A DNA stretch of 64,000 nt, taken from contig CM082586.2 of NCBI GenBank assembly GCA_040954595.2, positions 5,938,509 to 6,002,508 of the forward strand. The letters are read 5' to 3'. Below are positions 14,530 through 29,490 of the stretch, one piece after another. Source of the stretch: Balanoglossus misakiensis. Lineage: Eukaryota; Animalia; Hemichordata. Within the stretch, counting starts at the first letter, position 1, and each line of letters begins with the position of its first letter. The notes under the pieces are model-generated. The model was not told the origin of the DNA, did no database searches, and worked only from the letters and a program-made list of their open reading frames with translations. The translations under genes and the position numbers were made by a program.

Positions 14530-17500
14530 CTTTAAAGGGAAACTCGATAGGTCGAGCCAAGACGATTAGATGACTTAACAAGCAAGGTCTGATTTACGTT
14601 ATGTAATATGTCTGTCTGTCTAGCGAATGTTTCTGTCCCAAGGTGCTAGTTTTTTGGGCTTAAGGGAATTTCATTGCTTATCCTAGTCTAGTTACCAGAG
14701 TTTTTTTTCTATGCTGCACACACAGTCTGGATTGTCTAATTGTTGAAATTTTGCTATTTGCATGTTGGAGTATGCGATGTAAACTGTAATATTCAAAACA
14801 GTGGTAATTTACACCCAAGGTGACCTAATATAATGATTGCTACAGGCAGTTGATGCACTCCGCTTCACTGTGAAGAACTGCATCCCATATAAACACCAGA
14901 AATCGATAACAAAATTCGAATTCACCTAAGTGACGTTGAAAAGAAAGAAAGATGACCTGCTGCGTAGCACTTTGTGTCACCTGTTATTATGTATATCTTA
15001 AAAAAAAGTTGACATAATGTCAGATAAGTGATTTCAAGCCAACGATATCGCGACATTGCTGACGCAAGTCAATCGCATGTTTTAGTGATATAAACGACAA
15101 TAGACATAGGGTCAACCTGCACGACAGATACTTCAAAACAATTTATACTTCAAAATTAAATGGCTACCAGTGTCACATCTGTGGCTGAGTGAGAGATCAG
15201 GCTTAGGCGGAGAGGGATATTACGGATAGAGACATTTATTTTATGTGTCAGCTTTTTTCCTCCTCTGCACTGGTTCGATAGTTATAACTTCTCCCAATAT
15301 TCAATATTCTGTGACCTTGCACTGTCATGTGAAGGTCATGATTAAATGTCATTATTTGGTTAGCTGGCCCAGGCACCGGATTTTACATGCAACTAGAAAT
15401 TGTAACAGCCTCAGGTTGGTGACGGTAGTCTTTGAATAATATCTAAAAGCCTGGAAATTGTTCAAATGTTGAAAGTAGCCATAGAATAATCTGTATTATT
15501 TTCGCTGTTTATCCCCGAGGAAGATCTACTATGATCAAAACGTAGGAAGTTTTTTTTATGAATAATGCTTGATATGAAACCCAAAACTTTCCATTATATT
15601 CGAACTCGTCAATTACCTTTAAGCTTTGGTTTCAAGACCATCGAATATACACAATCACATGGATTGATTGATTTTTCTCTAACACATGTCTTTACTTAAT
15701 GAAAAAAATACTGTTTAAAAACAGTATTGCAAGCATCTTCGTGAAGTAAACCATGCATCACGAATGTGCCTGCAGCGCCGGCCACACAGATAATATCATT
15801 GCTCTGTAACATGGGGCCTGTCAGGAAACAGGTTCCAACTAGAGCACTTACGCGCTGCAGTCGAACAACTTTGAATTGCTAATAGAGGGTCTGTTGGATG
15901 ACATCCTTCGGTTGCATGGAGACGACGCTGGAGAATGATTGATAAAAACGGTTCAAGGAGCCATCACATAAATGGCACCGATAATAAGGCGTATCAACTT
16001 CTCAAAATACACCTATTACTGGTGCTGGCAGAGCCCCTGTATATGTCATTGAAACGTCGCCACTTACTGAAGAGGCAATATTGTAATGGAGAATGAGGTT
16101 GTTACTTCGCAATTTGCAGGCCGGGATTGCAAGCTTTGATAAAATCAATACAAGTTCATCAAAATCGACAGAGAGATACCTGATAATAATGATGTGAAAT
16201 AGTCAGGGTCTTTTACAGCAGTAATACCTTGCCCATTCAATACTGTTTTCCATGGAAAATACGTGTGAATACACAGTTTAAATATCTTTGACATTTGAGT
16301 TCCATTCATTTGCAACAAATATCATGATTGCACTAGAAGTTTAAGGTTGAAACACAGCTACTAGTAAAAAGAAGAACATATTACTTCTAATTTCCATATT
16401 GTTGCATTTTATGTCCGCTCTTGTTACAATTCATAACATATACAAATCACGAAAGATTAGTATAATTCTTTATAAAGAGAAAAAATCACCAAGCGACTGT
16501 TAGGCTAGTCACTAATATAGCCACTGAGAGGTGTCCCCAGGTAACCCTATATTGTATCAAGAATATAACTCGCAAATTAGGCGATTAAAACATGTACATA
16601 CCTGTCATTCATCAACATCCTTTTATGACTAACTTTGTCTTTGAATTTGAAGAATAGTCTCACAACTCATAATGTTAGACTAACCGTTAACGTAGGCCAG
16701 TTGAAAACGATGCACTTTCAACCACAGTAGACAAAACTACTGGGCCACACCCTTTTGAAACAATAGAGAGAAGTGATGGAGTGAATACAATCACTTAGGA
16801 AGAAATTTGATTGGCCACAATGTGTCATTACCATGACAGATGCATACATGTATGTCATCATCCCACATACATCAAACAAAAGTGTTTGATTTATTGATGG
16901 ACAAACATGTAATTCATCCACATGATATCAAACCATTTGGAAAGATGAAAAATGACTCAATTTTCATCTTGAAATTGGGTATGGTTAGTCCGAGGGATCC
17001 AGATGCCAACAACATGAGAAACATCTACTGTGGCCTAAAATTGACATTGGATGGTTTGGAGAAGTGGTTCGTCATCACCGATTTCATCCACTCGAATTTA
17101 TTGAAATTACTTTCACCAACTGGCTCCAGAGCTAAATTATCATGTAGTACTAACACAATGAAAATACATTGTACACAGTAGAGCAGAGACATGCGCACAT
17201 GGCATTGCTCGCTTGGCGTGTTGTGATCATGAGGATGAAGATGATGTTGATGAAGATAATGATGACGATACGTTTACTAAAAACGGGTCCAGTTGACCTT
17301 AATAGTTAGATGGATTTAATACTGTCCGTCCATGAGATAAAATTAATTCACTGTTATGCTTTAGGTCATATTTTAAACATTTAAGTGATATCACAAGTCT
17401 CTTAATTTTTTTTTTATTATACCGGTATACCGGTGTAGCAAAGAATGTCCAATTTCCTCAGTAGGTTAATGAACTGCCATCGGCAGACATAAACAAACAG

Positions 17501-18189
17501 ATAGACAGACAGAAAAACAAGCAGGTATGATGCCAGATACATGTAGGATACTAATTATCATACTTATTATCAAATGCAATCTCTCTGGGATCTCACTTAA
17601 ACAAAATATATAATGACAAATTACCTAGCTACAGAGTTGGAAATTGCGAACAGGATTTTGCTTTTGGGTGACAATGAGAAATGTTTCCGGATTGTGATTT
17701 TTTTATTGCTGTAAACTACCTTTAAAATTACGCTTAATCGATACGTATGATGTATCTGCATTTACTTCAGTGTGTTCTAAATGCGACATGAAAATCACTT
17801 GCAATAACGCGTCGTATGGTCTGATTTGTTACACCGCCCTGGGCATAAACACAGCAAACTGCGGGCTGCCTATTACAATCACCGTTACACTTTAAAACAG
17901 GCTTATTAGTATAGCAGGAATCGGGTGGACTTGATGAAGGCTGTCATTCTACACCATCATTTGCAATCAGCTGCATTTTTCACAGTGGCACCAACTTTCT
18001 GGGTTCCATGAGAAACCTTATCCATGGGACCTTCCAATTAATGTAATGTTACCTTTGGTAGTGTGAGTGGGAGGAAACCAGGAAATAAGGTGAATATTTT
18101 ATGGCAAGAATGACTGTATCTGCCCTGTTGGACACTACTAAACTCTATCATATTCCACTTTTAGAATTAACCAATTTTAATAAGTACAG

Positions 18190-18425
18190 TATCAGTCAAT
18201 GAAATTATAAATATCGTCTACCCCATTATGCATCTGTGCATTATCTATATTTAGCCAACCATACACTTTACAAAACACAGAACAGAGATCAGTGACAAGC
18301 ATCCTCAGTATGTGCGCCTGTTTATGTACAGGTACATTGGTTCTAGTGGAGAATATAATGCCCACATACAGCACACCAGAAACCTATCATAATACCTGGG
18401 TTATCCAGCCATGTTTTCCCCATAT
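18190..18425 (-). pseudogene. Decayed SRCR + LDL-receptor class A-like exon remnant
   Basis: Translates GKTWLDN...CGH...NQCTC...HTEDA (SRCR-like C-half, with stops), then in another frame FCKVYG...NGVDDIYNFID (LDLa-like with the Cys residues lost). Confidence 0.35.
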
Positions 18426-19493
18426 CGATGACCACTGTTCAGTAATTAGCTTTTTGGATTCAACATGGAAACACAATATTCGATATGACCTTATGGGCAC
18501 ACCATAATGACCTTGATAGGATGCACCTACAGGTAGCCAGAACAGTATGCATTTTTAATTACATGATAGGTTTGTGAGGTCTACACACAAACTCACCACA
18601 ACACTTAATTGAAAGCTTTCATAGTGATTGAATATTACTCCTGTAAGCTTATGAAATACATTTCCATTTGCAGCATTTTGGAATTTGACACGGTTCTGAC
18701 AAATAGGAATCCCAGAAAATGTACTCGTAAAAAGTATAATTGATGACGTCAATAGCCTGCTAAATTAATTTTCCGTCAAGTGTTTGGTTGTTTTTAATAT
18801 TCATTGATTTGGAGTTCATTCAATCTGATTCCAACTTGATAGATATCAGCGAATGTTTCCTTTCGCAGCCTGTTATCGCTTCAGGTGATATAACGCAGGT
18901 GGATGTATATCTCAGTGATCTGACTCCACACTTTGTGCTCATCCAGACATCATTATAATCGTAGACACTACAGAGACGGAACAGCCTAGACTCGTAAAAG
19001 TTTATGATATTCAAATTTTATGAATGTTGAAACAAAAAGTAATGAAAGACAAGTGTTGGATGGTAGTCTGGTAACCATTCAATTGGTACATACATACCGG
19101 TAAATGACATTACTAAAAACATAGCTTCTATACAGGCATCGTTTTGCTTGATCTTTAATGCACTACTCTGAGGACGTCTGACAAAAAGTAATTGTCCGCA
19201 GCAACTATACTGATACTTTTAATGGTCACAACTGACTTGAAACATATTTAACATGCAAAATCTTACTGTTCATTTTATTTTGGTCAGTAACGCACTGAAT
19301 CACTCTCCGGAATACCGGTATACCGTTGATGCTGCAACAATGAAGTTATGTATACGAGTATACTCAGTCCATATATACTTTACAATTTAGAAGACAAAAA
19401 TATCTCGTATTTGCACCCGAAAAGTCATAACAATGCAACATGCATATACAATAGTCTGTGAAGTAAGAGAATGCTCTCTCTCTCAACTGCTGA

Positions 19494-19632
19494 TATATTG
19501 GGTTAGCATTACAGTTTGGGTAGGGTTAGTATTACATATTGGGCTAAGTGTTATTACATTTCTGGTTATTATTACATATTGGGTTAGTATTATAATTAAT
19601 TGTTACGTATTGAGATACAGCATTACATATGG
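19494..19632. repeat. Degenerate ~18-20-bp minisatellite (ATATTGGGTTAGTATTAC-like)
   Basis: Five to six decayed copies are visible. Confidence 0.6.
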
Positions 19633-22600
19633 AGTAAGTATTATTATTATGGTAAAACATTGTTGCACCTGCAATTCTATCACCGCTGGTAGTGTACTAG
19701 CAATACTTTTACTCTGGGTCTGCTTGTTGAATGTATGCATGATCAGTGCCAATTAAGACCACCAACTGGCTAGCTTTGGGGTTTTGTATCAACAACAATT
19801 TGTGTGACATTTTGAGAAATTGGTTTGATCTGATCTGATTTGAACTCATCAAAATATATTCCAATATCAGCTTAATTTGATCAATAGCCCAACTACTCAC
19901 ATAAAAGATAAATGTAATAAAATTACATTGCAATCATTTTGCTATCAAGAAAACGTTCACATGACTATGTACAGGCCAGCACTCCTGCAGTTTTATAAAT
20001 GATACTTCAAGATTATACATGACTGACAGAAGAAACTGTCATTCCATCTTAAGACATTCTGGATGTCTGTCGAACTCCGTTGGTGTTCTCTTTTCACCAC
20101 AATAAACACGATTTTGACATTTTGCCACGTTGAATAGGTACCCTTTTCGTGAGTTGTGTAACAGTGATAAACATTTAGGGACCGCAGGGTTTAGCATAAT
20201 CAGAATAATCATAATATCCCATGGTAGGCTTTAACACACTATATGGATAATAGCAGCCCTCCTGAATACATTGGGCACTGTACAACCCCATTCCACATCA
20301 TAAACATTCTCAAAGAAACCACAAAGCAAACTTACCGGTGTCTCAAATCATAGAATGTAGTGTAGAGGATGAACACAGCTTAGTGCAAGTAATTCAGCTA
20401 TTTTCTGATGAGAGCAAATCGACGCATGCGCGTATCGGTTAGCTCATTTGGTTACAGAAAAGCACTACCTGCATATTTTACAGAATTGAGCAAACAAAAG
20501 AGTTGTGTTATTTTAGTTTAATGCGAATTCTACCAAGGGTGTTCAGAAAATGATTTACAAACGATTTGTACAGCACGACATGAGACAAAAATGGATCACA
20601 GTGTAAAATACAAATATGTTGTCGCGAGTTATACAGGTACATGTTAAAACGTCGCTCTCGTGACTATTTTCTTATCTGTTGACGTTCTTCCTCCAGGGTC
20701 TATGGTTGAGCAGGAATGATTAATAGATGCAATTCATTTTCGACAAGATAGCCTGGCCAATCTCTAAATGAAGGTATTGTAAATCACAAACACAACAAGC
20801 ATTTACTATTTCCAAATATTCTACAAGCTATTATGAAAATACAGGGTTTCTGGTGGTTCCATGCCATCTTCGATGAGAACTATAACTTTAAAATTGTGAA
20901 TTTACGCCGTTCTTATTTTGTATATCATCTTGACTGTATTTACACGACAAAGTATTGAATACTTTGCTATGGTTTATATTCAGAAAACTGTCTTCTTGGT
21001 CATGAATACATATAAAATGCGTTGGATATATTTATGGTTACATGTTTAGATGACGTTACCTTCAAAGATAACAATTTCTCCTTAAATTTTATCTTTTTAT
21101 AAATTTCCCATTTACATCCACTTCAGTGGGCATTTGATATATGTACGTCATTGCCAGCCAAACTATTAGCCCATGAATTTTCTTGCCGTGTTTCATGGGC
21201 TGAACCATAAACCACAGAAAATGAAAATGCAATAACGTTCGTTGACCGCAAACGTGAATACCGGTATGTTTACAAACTGTTATAAAATATAGATTGGACC
21301 AAAAATAATGTGTTATCATTTTGTTGAGTCAGAAGTAAACACATGAAGCAATTATTCTTTATTTGATGAAACCTACAAAATGACTAATATTAATTAACTA
21401 ATCATATTAAGGTTTCCATGTCCCTGTGTATTTCACATAATTTGCATTGAAAAGGTAACAAATTAAAGACCCTTAACTGCCATGAATTTGTTGCACCACG
21501 TAGAATAAAATGTTTGTCATCTGATTCACAATATTCTTCACCACTTGGCCAGAGATAGCGAGAACATTCTTTAGTTATATACCATCCCATTTCAGATAAT
21601 AATGTGGAATAGCTATGTGCAGAAATAACTATACAAATGGATAACTGTAACAGTTTACAGCTTAATTCACTTCTGGGGTTGAAATTAGCTAAATGTAAAG
21701 CTGATAAAATTTTGTACAGCTCAAATCATTGGCGAGGACATTGATCTTTCCATTTCTTAACATATATTATTATGCTTCTGGAGTTTAACATGAGCTTTTA
21801 CATATTAACATCCATGCAATGGTTGCCTTGTCTCTATTGCCTCAGGCTGTATATAAACAAGTTAGGTTGTTTTTCCGATCACTAAGGATTTTATGATCCT
21901 GTACAATACCTATAAATCTTCTCAGAGAATCCAATTAAGACATATAATTAGAAAGAAATCCTCATGGTAGTCTGCTTGGCCAGTACGCCGCCATCGCATT
22001 TAATTGCTGTACTGCCAAAGATAGAACTTATCTTACTTGTTTGACGGACATTGAAAAGAATTATATTTTGCACATTACGTGAAACACGACTCTGTTATCT
22101 TGGGTTTCACTCACTTAATTTGGCTCAGAAATACTTTGACAATATCCGGGATGATAAAGAAACGATGTAAATGCTATTAGCTTGACAAATACATTGCATA
22201 CGTCCATCAGTTTCTACATCTTGTAAAATCCGACTACTTACTAAAGGCTAATTGAAAACGCTATGTGTCCGCCGATTGTTTGCAGTGAAGAGAACCGGAA
22301 AAAAATTATGTCAGCAGACGAACTTTCTGACATTGCTGTCTGCAGATAATTGATAACATGCACGGAATCGAATCGAATAACGAAAACGTGTCTATTCAAC
22401 TTCATAAACATAACGATATACGTGACTTCAGGGTAATGTACGAGGGAAGTGGCACTTGCTAAGCGCAGGCGTTTAGGAGAGATTCTTTTTAGAATCCAGA
22501 GAACATTTTGATGTTCCTTGTGCCTTTATACTGTTCAGTCTGCGTTGACCTTATTTGCTCAGTGAAGACTTAAACCTCAGAAATTATTAAGTCAAATGCC

Positions 22601-25600
22601 AGTTGCACATCATTAGTCGTTCGATGCGCTGCGTGTACGTCAGTCACTATTTGTGCGGTCGTGAAAGAGAGATCGAAGTAATTCCGGGGATGAAGGAAAT
22701 AGTAGAATCACAATATTCTTTACGGATTCACACATTCCCCCATGTTCCTGTAATCAATGATGCTCTGTTAACAACTTGGCAGCATTCTCCTGAATTTCAA
22801 CGGATTTCTGGCTTGTTTGTTGTACGTAGAACACTATGAGGAAGAAACGTGCAGGCGCCATCTTGGAAGATTCACTCCATTCCTGGAGGCCTTTAGCAAG
22901 AATCAGGGGAGACTTAGCATTTAAACTCAATTGTTTTTTGGGAATCTTTAACATCTCATGGCAAATTTCCCCTAGCTCTTGGCTTAATTATTGATGGGAC
23001 AATACATGTCCTTTAATATTTGACAGGGTACCTGTGCCACACTGAATAACATGCCGTCGCAGTATACATTGTTTTGTATTCTTAAAGTGTCTGATAGACC
23101 ATAAGAGTTTTGTTTTAAAAAGCCACAATTTGATGATATATACAAGTACATGTTAAGCCATTAGAGATAAATTACATCATTTATAACTTTCAGATTTTCA
23201 TATGGTGGGGATATTTTCCCAATATAGGATTGATCTACAAAGCTTTGTTTGATTGAGGTGTAAAACATGGCCCTCTACTTTTTTGTTGGCAAGGTGAAAT
23301 TAAGCAGCTATAATTTCCTTTTTTATATACTTTGTGCTTTTTTATATAAGCAGTTGATGTCAAGACCAACATATGTTGTCCATATGAAATGATTGATAAA
23401 TTTACATTAAAGAGCACATTTGTTGGTTAAACTAAATCCCTTTAAGTAGACTTTTGCCCTTAATCTAACTGACTATTATTACGATATAAAAATTAATTCG
23501 ATCGTTGTTCGAAATGTTCTAATTATTAGCTGGTGATCAAATAATAGGGTTGTGTTGCACGTGAGTTTTCCTGAGCACATCTTTTCCTCCATAAATGATA
23601 AACTTCCCTTAAAGGGGAGAGTTGTCAAAACTGCCCATGTGCGATGTGAATCTGTTTATAAACACTCCATTGGCATTATTCCCATTCTTCAGGGAGACCC
23701 TGGCAACCAATACATGTTATTTATCAAGGGAAATTGGAAATGTAATGTACAGTAAGTGGCGCATTGTTTGTCATGATGCACAGCATATAATACAAAGCAA
23801 CAGTCACATTGTGTGCAAATATGTACGTACATTGTAGTAGTTACATACACTACTTCAATTGACTGTGTCGCATGGGACTGCAGTGCCCGCAGCCGCAGAC
23901 AGGACGGCTGCACCCACCCTTTAAAATTAAGTGGTCCATTTTGATTTCGATGCCTGCAACATTTGGCGATGTCACAGACAGACCAATTTTGACACATTAT
24001 TTGCTTTGAGTGATAACTACAGCCTAATGGGTGGCACCGGATGAGGGGTGACATGTGTTCTGACGCATCAAAGTCATATTCCAAGCGAGACGTTGTCCTT
24101 GGAACATATAGATTTACATATGACTATTCACTAGGGGAACAGCTCGACGTGCATGCATGGCCTTGGCAACATCTCTCTGTCTCTTCCAACGTGTGTGTGT
24201 GTCTCTGTCTCCCAGGTTATTTACACATATCAAAACAACAAAATCAGATTGTCTTTTATGATAGTGAGGCAAAACTCTGCTGATATTGAAACATTCAGCA
24301 CCTCCTTTTTCTAGAATTCGGAGACAGTGATTTCATTATCTTGATATATAATTTATTCCTGATTTTTGTATGAATGCTGAAAACTTAAAACGACATTAGG
24401 AAAACTTCTTTAGGGCTCAATGGGCTGAATGTGATGTACGTACACTGACGTCTGACAGCGATGCGAACTTCACTGATTCCTTAGGGGGTAAGAGTTCCCC
24501 CAACGGAATCATATTATCGAGCATGCATCAATGACCTGACGAGAATCGTCGCCTTCGCTCTTGCGGTACCCCTCGAGGGACGTGGCATCAGCGTGACTTT
24601 GAATCAAAGAACGCTTGTATCGCGTCTCCGCTCTGCATCTTATCAATTTTGCAAGCGTTTGTCGGTTTCTCAGATAAGTGAGTGTGTTATGCACATCTCA
24701 ATTGTATTTAAATGTTCTATGCAGGGTATGACTGCCTGATTAGGTTGATGACTTTACTTAGGTGTATGCTGCAGGAATTGTTCATGCTAACTGCACATGC
24801 ATTGTAAAGTCAACGGGCGCAAGCGTACAGCGGTAAATACAAAAGGGGTTCGTATGACACATTTACGTCGGCGGGCTGACACGATGACACAATCGATACA
24901 TTTAGCTGACAAAATGTGAAATAAAGATAAAAGAATACATTAGGCCTAATGCTACTCTCGGATTCAGAACTTGTAGGAAAGGAAGCCCGAGTATAAAACA
25001 ACACATTATGATCAAAACACAGCAAAGATTTTAACACTCTGGGTAATACACCATATGTGATGTCGCAGTCAAGAAAATCGTGCAGTGAATACTTTTCTCA
25101 ATGTTATATTTTATTTTTACAGCATCTGTGTCTGTGTGTTGGATTTCGCACACACTATACCACACCTCTCTCCCCGCCGGGATTAGCTATCATTAAATAA
25201 TTAAATCTTTGCATAAGTAAGTTGCATCAAAGCCAATTTAGCTCATCCCCTGGGCGTGATTAAAACACAAGATCGTCTTTCGTCAGAACGCAACACCACA
25301 AGGCATCACTCCCATGGGCTCAAAACCTTGCCATCTTTCTAGGAGTCGACCTTCGTTTCTTGTGAAATCTGACCGGATATGTCGTCGTTTACTACAGACA
25401 ATCGACCCCTGTGTGTTGTCGATCGCAAAAGCTGAACTTTTATCACGGTTTGAAACAAAAGTAAGATTAATTGCCGGTTTTATGAGCCATACGGTATCAA
25501 GAGCTGCCAAAGGGGATGATGTCAACAGAACATAAAAACTATCAGCCTGTCAGGTGAATGTTGACGATTTTGATGCTTGGTCGGTGATTTTCCTCTGTAT

Positions 25601-28600
25601 TTTCCTTTCACATTCAGATGAAGTTTATAGGAAAATCTTCCAGAGTCTAATCCGTTAAGGACACTGTGTTATATGGGCTTAAAATTTTAAGTTATACATT
25701 TTGCATCAACTATAAGTATACAGGACAGCTCAGGAGCAAAAACAGTAAATTTTAATCATTTGCCGTCAGCTATTTGAGCGTGACCTTTACTAAACTGAGA
25801 TTAAACAGTATATAAAGAGGACATTAATTTTTACACAAGATGATGATTTTCACCAGAATATTCTGGGATAATGGTATTACAGGGACACCTGTAACCCAAA
25901 TATTTGACCAGAGACTGTATTTCAACTGAGTTTGAGGAACACATGTAGGGACATATGAAGACATGCCGGGTTTATTAACAAGGGAGTGTGTGTTCATCAA
26001 TGGGGGTGCTCATCTTGTTCATGTACCGTATGGCTACATCAATATTTCCAAAAAAAATCACAGCGTCACCGCCGCCATTTTAGGAAATCAGGCAACATGG
26101 TGCACATGTGCAAAACCAGGCCGCTGATGGCACGGTTACGGAGCTTGAATTTCAGTAAAATAATCAGTGCACAAATCTTTAATTGCGTATTGTGATAACA
26201 ATTTTAGGGGTTTATGATTTTATGCATCGTGCATCAATTAATGGATTATGTGTTAGACTAACCTGGGATTATACAAATGCATTTCTGTTCAGGTCATATT
26301 TTTTTCTTGTCATTATACCCTCCTTCCTGACAATATATTTTGATTTGGCGATCGATAGCGAAAAAAATGCTACCACGGTGCCTATTGAATAAGTCATAAT
26401 GCCAAGTTACACTGCAGATTGAAATTGTCAACTACATGTACTAAAACATGTCATTTATTATTTGCGCTCATGATATATAGCGAGATAGATTTGTTGATGT
26501 GGGTATAGAACCCATTCAGAAGCCGTCAGAATGCACAATGATATCATTAAACTGATAATGTTCCCAGTGATTGCAACAAAATTACTTATTTTAATTCGTA
26601 TTTCACTCCAGTGCTAATCTCCAGCCTTGCTGATACACATCGCAATAAAAAGGCTAATGTTTTTTTCTCATAATGTCATCTAAAGTGTATACATGTACCT
26701 GCGTATATACATGCAAAGACGCCAGGCATTTTACAAAGATAAAACATTGCAATATTTAATTCCTCGTGTTAATTGTGCTACCTTGCTTGAACATCATGTG
26801 TGTGTGTTCACTCAATTATTTTTTGGCACATTGCAAGCTTTTCAATAATGTACACAAGCCAGGGATCATTTTGGCTTTGGCAGATGACAAGATAATGGCG
26901 TAAGCATGGCGGAGAAAAATTAAATGAAAACAAAGATAACATGATTAATTTCAGTGAGACGAGGATTTATTGCATGTTGAAGTCAGGGAAATTGAATTCG
27001 AAGAACGGCCGTATATAAGGACGTCCAGTATACACTAAAGGAGCATCGCAATTACCAAAGGCATAGTCATTTCACTTTATATGTGTAATTCGCGTATAAC
27101 CTATCTGGCTGAACCATTTACGGCGGTCTGGGAAAGGATATTGCTTCAGGGAACTAGTGTCAGCAGAAGATGAATATAGGAAACACAAAAAGATGGAGAT
27201 TTATTGACGTTTTGTCGTCAACAGTGATTTACTAACCAAGATGGAAACTTGGACGGCTATATCTTTGTTTTCATCAGTGTCATAAAGCAATCACAACTTC
27301 AAGGTCATTTTTGCTAAACATGAAAATGATTCATGATTCCAGGAACTGTGGGCTTTACCCAGTATGCACTTCTAGCACTATGATGCGAAAGGACAACTGA
27401 TTTGCTATACTGCACGCTGTGTACCGTACATGTCTGGAAATCGTGTAAAAGGTTCGCAGATATCCAACCAGGTTGTACCTTATAGCCTCTGAAGGCATGC
27501 AGGAAGGTGTATTATTTGACGTCAACTGTTATGTTCCTTTTTCTATTGATACCGTTGCTTTAGTGATCGTTAACTCAAATGTTATCGGAAAATCATGCGG
27601 AGAATGCCATTTTCGTATATATTAATACCTGATTCCCCGAAGGGGTGTGTTGGTGGCCGTTTACACTTTTCACCTCTGTAAGAACACGCAACCTAGCATT
27701 CGGGATACAGCTCCGCTGTGATGTTTTGCATTATTAACACGATAACTGCTTTAAAATTAAATGGCGTATCAAATTTCAATCTTTAATATCAAACACAGTG
27801 AGCAAATTCAGTTCATTTGGTGACGTGTCATTTGAGTGATATTGAAGTGTTCAATCAAGGAATTGGTCATATTGTGTAAATGAAAATAATTTTAACTACA
27901 TGTCTGGTATATCATATGGAAGATTTGTACTAGGAATATTGTCGGTTCTTTTGAAATAACCATTATTTTATTTGGTGTTGTGTCCTGACACTGTACACAC
28001 AAAAATAACAGCACTTGTGGGAATTTCTCTTTGCAAAGTTTTACGAACCGCAATTTTCAAACGAATTACCTAAGATGGAAACCACCGCCCCTCGAGATCA
28101 AGGCTACCCCTTTGGTGTATTGGAATATAAGTAATAGGGGGAGCAATCGTGATTGTAATTTACCATAAAGGTTCTGTTGTTTGATTGGGGTCACCTAGGC
28201 ATATTGCCATGTCTATCTGTGCCTCTGTTTATGGGTTAACCTTCTAAAAAGCTTATTATGGGAGGACATCCTCAGTTGACACAGGACAAACAACAAATGG
28301 CTCATTGTGTTTAACAGCAGAAAATTTTTTGTTAACCCCCCCAGTTTCATACCAAGCATGACTTGTATTACTTTCGAGGCTAGCAGCTCATTCCTACAGT
28401 AATTAACTAAGTCTCGCGAGATCTCGCAATGAGTGGGATGTCATGTCTTTTAACTCCGACCCCTTCATAATCTAATAGAAATTTGCCTTGACAACACAAT
28501 GAAGTAAAGATATTGTTTTCACATGAGTTCATCGCTTGAATATGCCAATGGATACCTGCTTGTCTCCGTCTAGGAGTTATGGTTACCGGGTAGTAAGGAG

Positions 28601-29419
28601 ATGTGACTGTTAAACTATCTTGCGCAGATGGCAATTGCGCATGTGTCTAGCTGTTGCTGTTCCCAAAGAGAGTTCTCTGGTATTAAACTAGGTTTAGCGA
28701 CCAGCGGTTATAATTGTACAGTGCCCTGAAGCACATTTACTCGTAGATAGTTCAATTATACTTTAATTAAAATGCCTCTGTGGATTTTTGAATTAAATGC
28801 CTCTGGAAAATGGCATCGAATCATGTAAGGAAATACGGCATTGGTAATTCAGTACTCATGATCAAGGGTCTAAATGGGTACATTTTTGCACAGGCTGTAT
28901 TAAGTGTTATGTTAACCTAGTCTGTATTTTTAAGCGTGACGTACATTAAATTCAAGAAATTGAACACACCAGTAATGAACAAATTTGATTGTCGAGTATC
29001 CACATTTAAACGCAGTAGGCGTACTACAGATTAATATCAAACAGCTAAGATGAAGGTGAAAGACGTACACGTACCCGCTGCATGAACTCACTTGTGATTA
29101 TATTTTGACACATTTTTCGAACCTTTGTATCATGACCATACAGAACTACATTTGTATGTGCTCTGCAGATAGAAAACCTTGAATTGCCAATAAGGAGGGG
29201 GTGTACGTGTGTGTACCGGTATGTTAGCATCCCGTTGACTTACCGCTGATTTCAAGACCCCACGATACTTTTCAATTACCGTAGTAACGAGCTGCTAGCC
29301 AAGCAATTCAAGTCAGGCTTTGTATGAAACTATAAAAGGTGCAGGGTTTAGCAAAAATTGTAATATTTTTGTAGTTTAACAGCTATTGGGTTATGTATGT
29401 GTTGTTTATCCAGTGTAAC

Positions 29420-29490
29420 ATGAGAATGACCTCCCATATAAACTGCCTAGCCACGCAGGATCTCGTGGAGTTCAGAAAATGGTCTATTGA
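29420..29490. repeat. Fragment of the same dispersed repeat family
   Basis: CATGAGAATGACCTCCCATATAAACTGCCTAGCCACGCAGGATCTCGTGGAGTTCAGAAAATGGTCTATTGA aligns to 43763-43844. Confidence 0.6.

Noticed and set aside
19433-19756. Hydrophobic 107-aa ORF resembling a membrane protein
   Set aside because: The hydrophobicity comes from the T-rich degenerate minisatellite.
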